NCBI RefSeq assembly: GCF_009914755.1
Contig: NC_060931.1
Strand: one strand, 5' to 3'
Source of the DNA: the human T2T-CHM13v2.0 reference genome, Homo sapiens
DNA: 64,000 nt
The notes under the pieces are model-generated. The model saw only the letters and a program-made list of their open reading frames with translations, made no database searches and had not been told where the DNA came from. Of the stretch, positions 63,877-64,000 are shown piece after piece; within the stretch, counting starts at the first letter, position 1, and every line of letters starts with the position of its first letter. A program made the position numbers and the translations under genes.

Positions 63877-64000
63877 TGTAAGAAAGAGGAAAGAAACACA
63901 AAAGGTGGCTTGATGGTTAAGACAGGCTTATTTTAGAGAAAACAATCCTGAGAGGGGCATCTGGCCATGTTAGTTCAGAGGCACACTCTCTTACAGACTA
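63877..64000 (-). mobile_element. LTR10-family LTR 3' end (runs off the window), inserted in an MLT1 fragment
   Basis: aagaggaaagaaacac...ttattttagagaaaac...gcacactctcttacagacta. Confidence 0.65.

Overview
Primate (human-like) nuclear DNA with no supportable protein-coding gene, tRNA, rRNA or CRISPR array. I cannot identify the locus from sequence alone. It holds about 37 Alu copies, old L1, L2 and MIR fragments, several solo LTRs (LTR8 x2, MER50-like, LTR9-like, THE1B, MSTB x2, MLT1 x2, MLT2A, LTR10-like) and DNA transposons (Tigger4b, MER33, MER5A, Made1). A few repeat-free, motif-dense blocks look like developmental enhancers. The standout feature is an ancient ~520-bp mitochondrial insertion (ATP6 3' end plus COX3 5' part, ~27888-28409). 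It sits inside the right arm of a trimeric AluJ with microhomology at both junctions and creates an open Alu-ATP6 chimeric ORF. Several other copy/template-switch scars are present: a 44-bp templated insertion (59543 = 63301), two fold-back hairpins (39971-40054 and 56073-56147), an unexplained insert in an L1 3' UTR and two local duplications. Repeat subfamily names come from recalled consensus sequences and need RepeatMasker/Dfam confirmation; repeat boundaries are approximate unless TSDs are given. I found no convincing new multi-gene system; the findings are structural or regulatory hypotheses.
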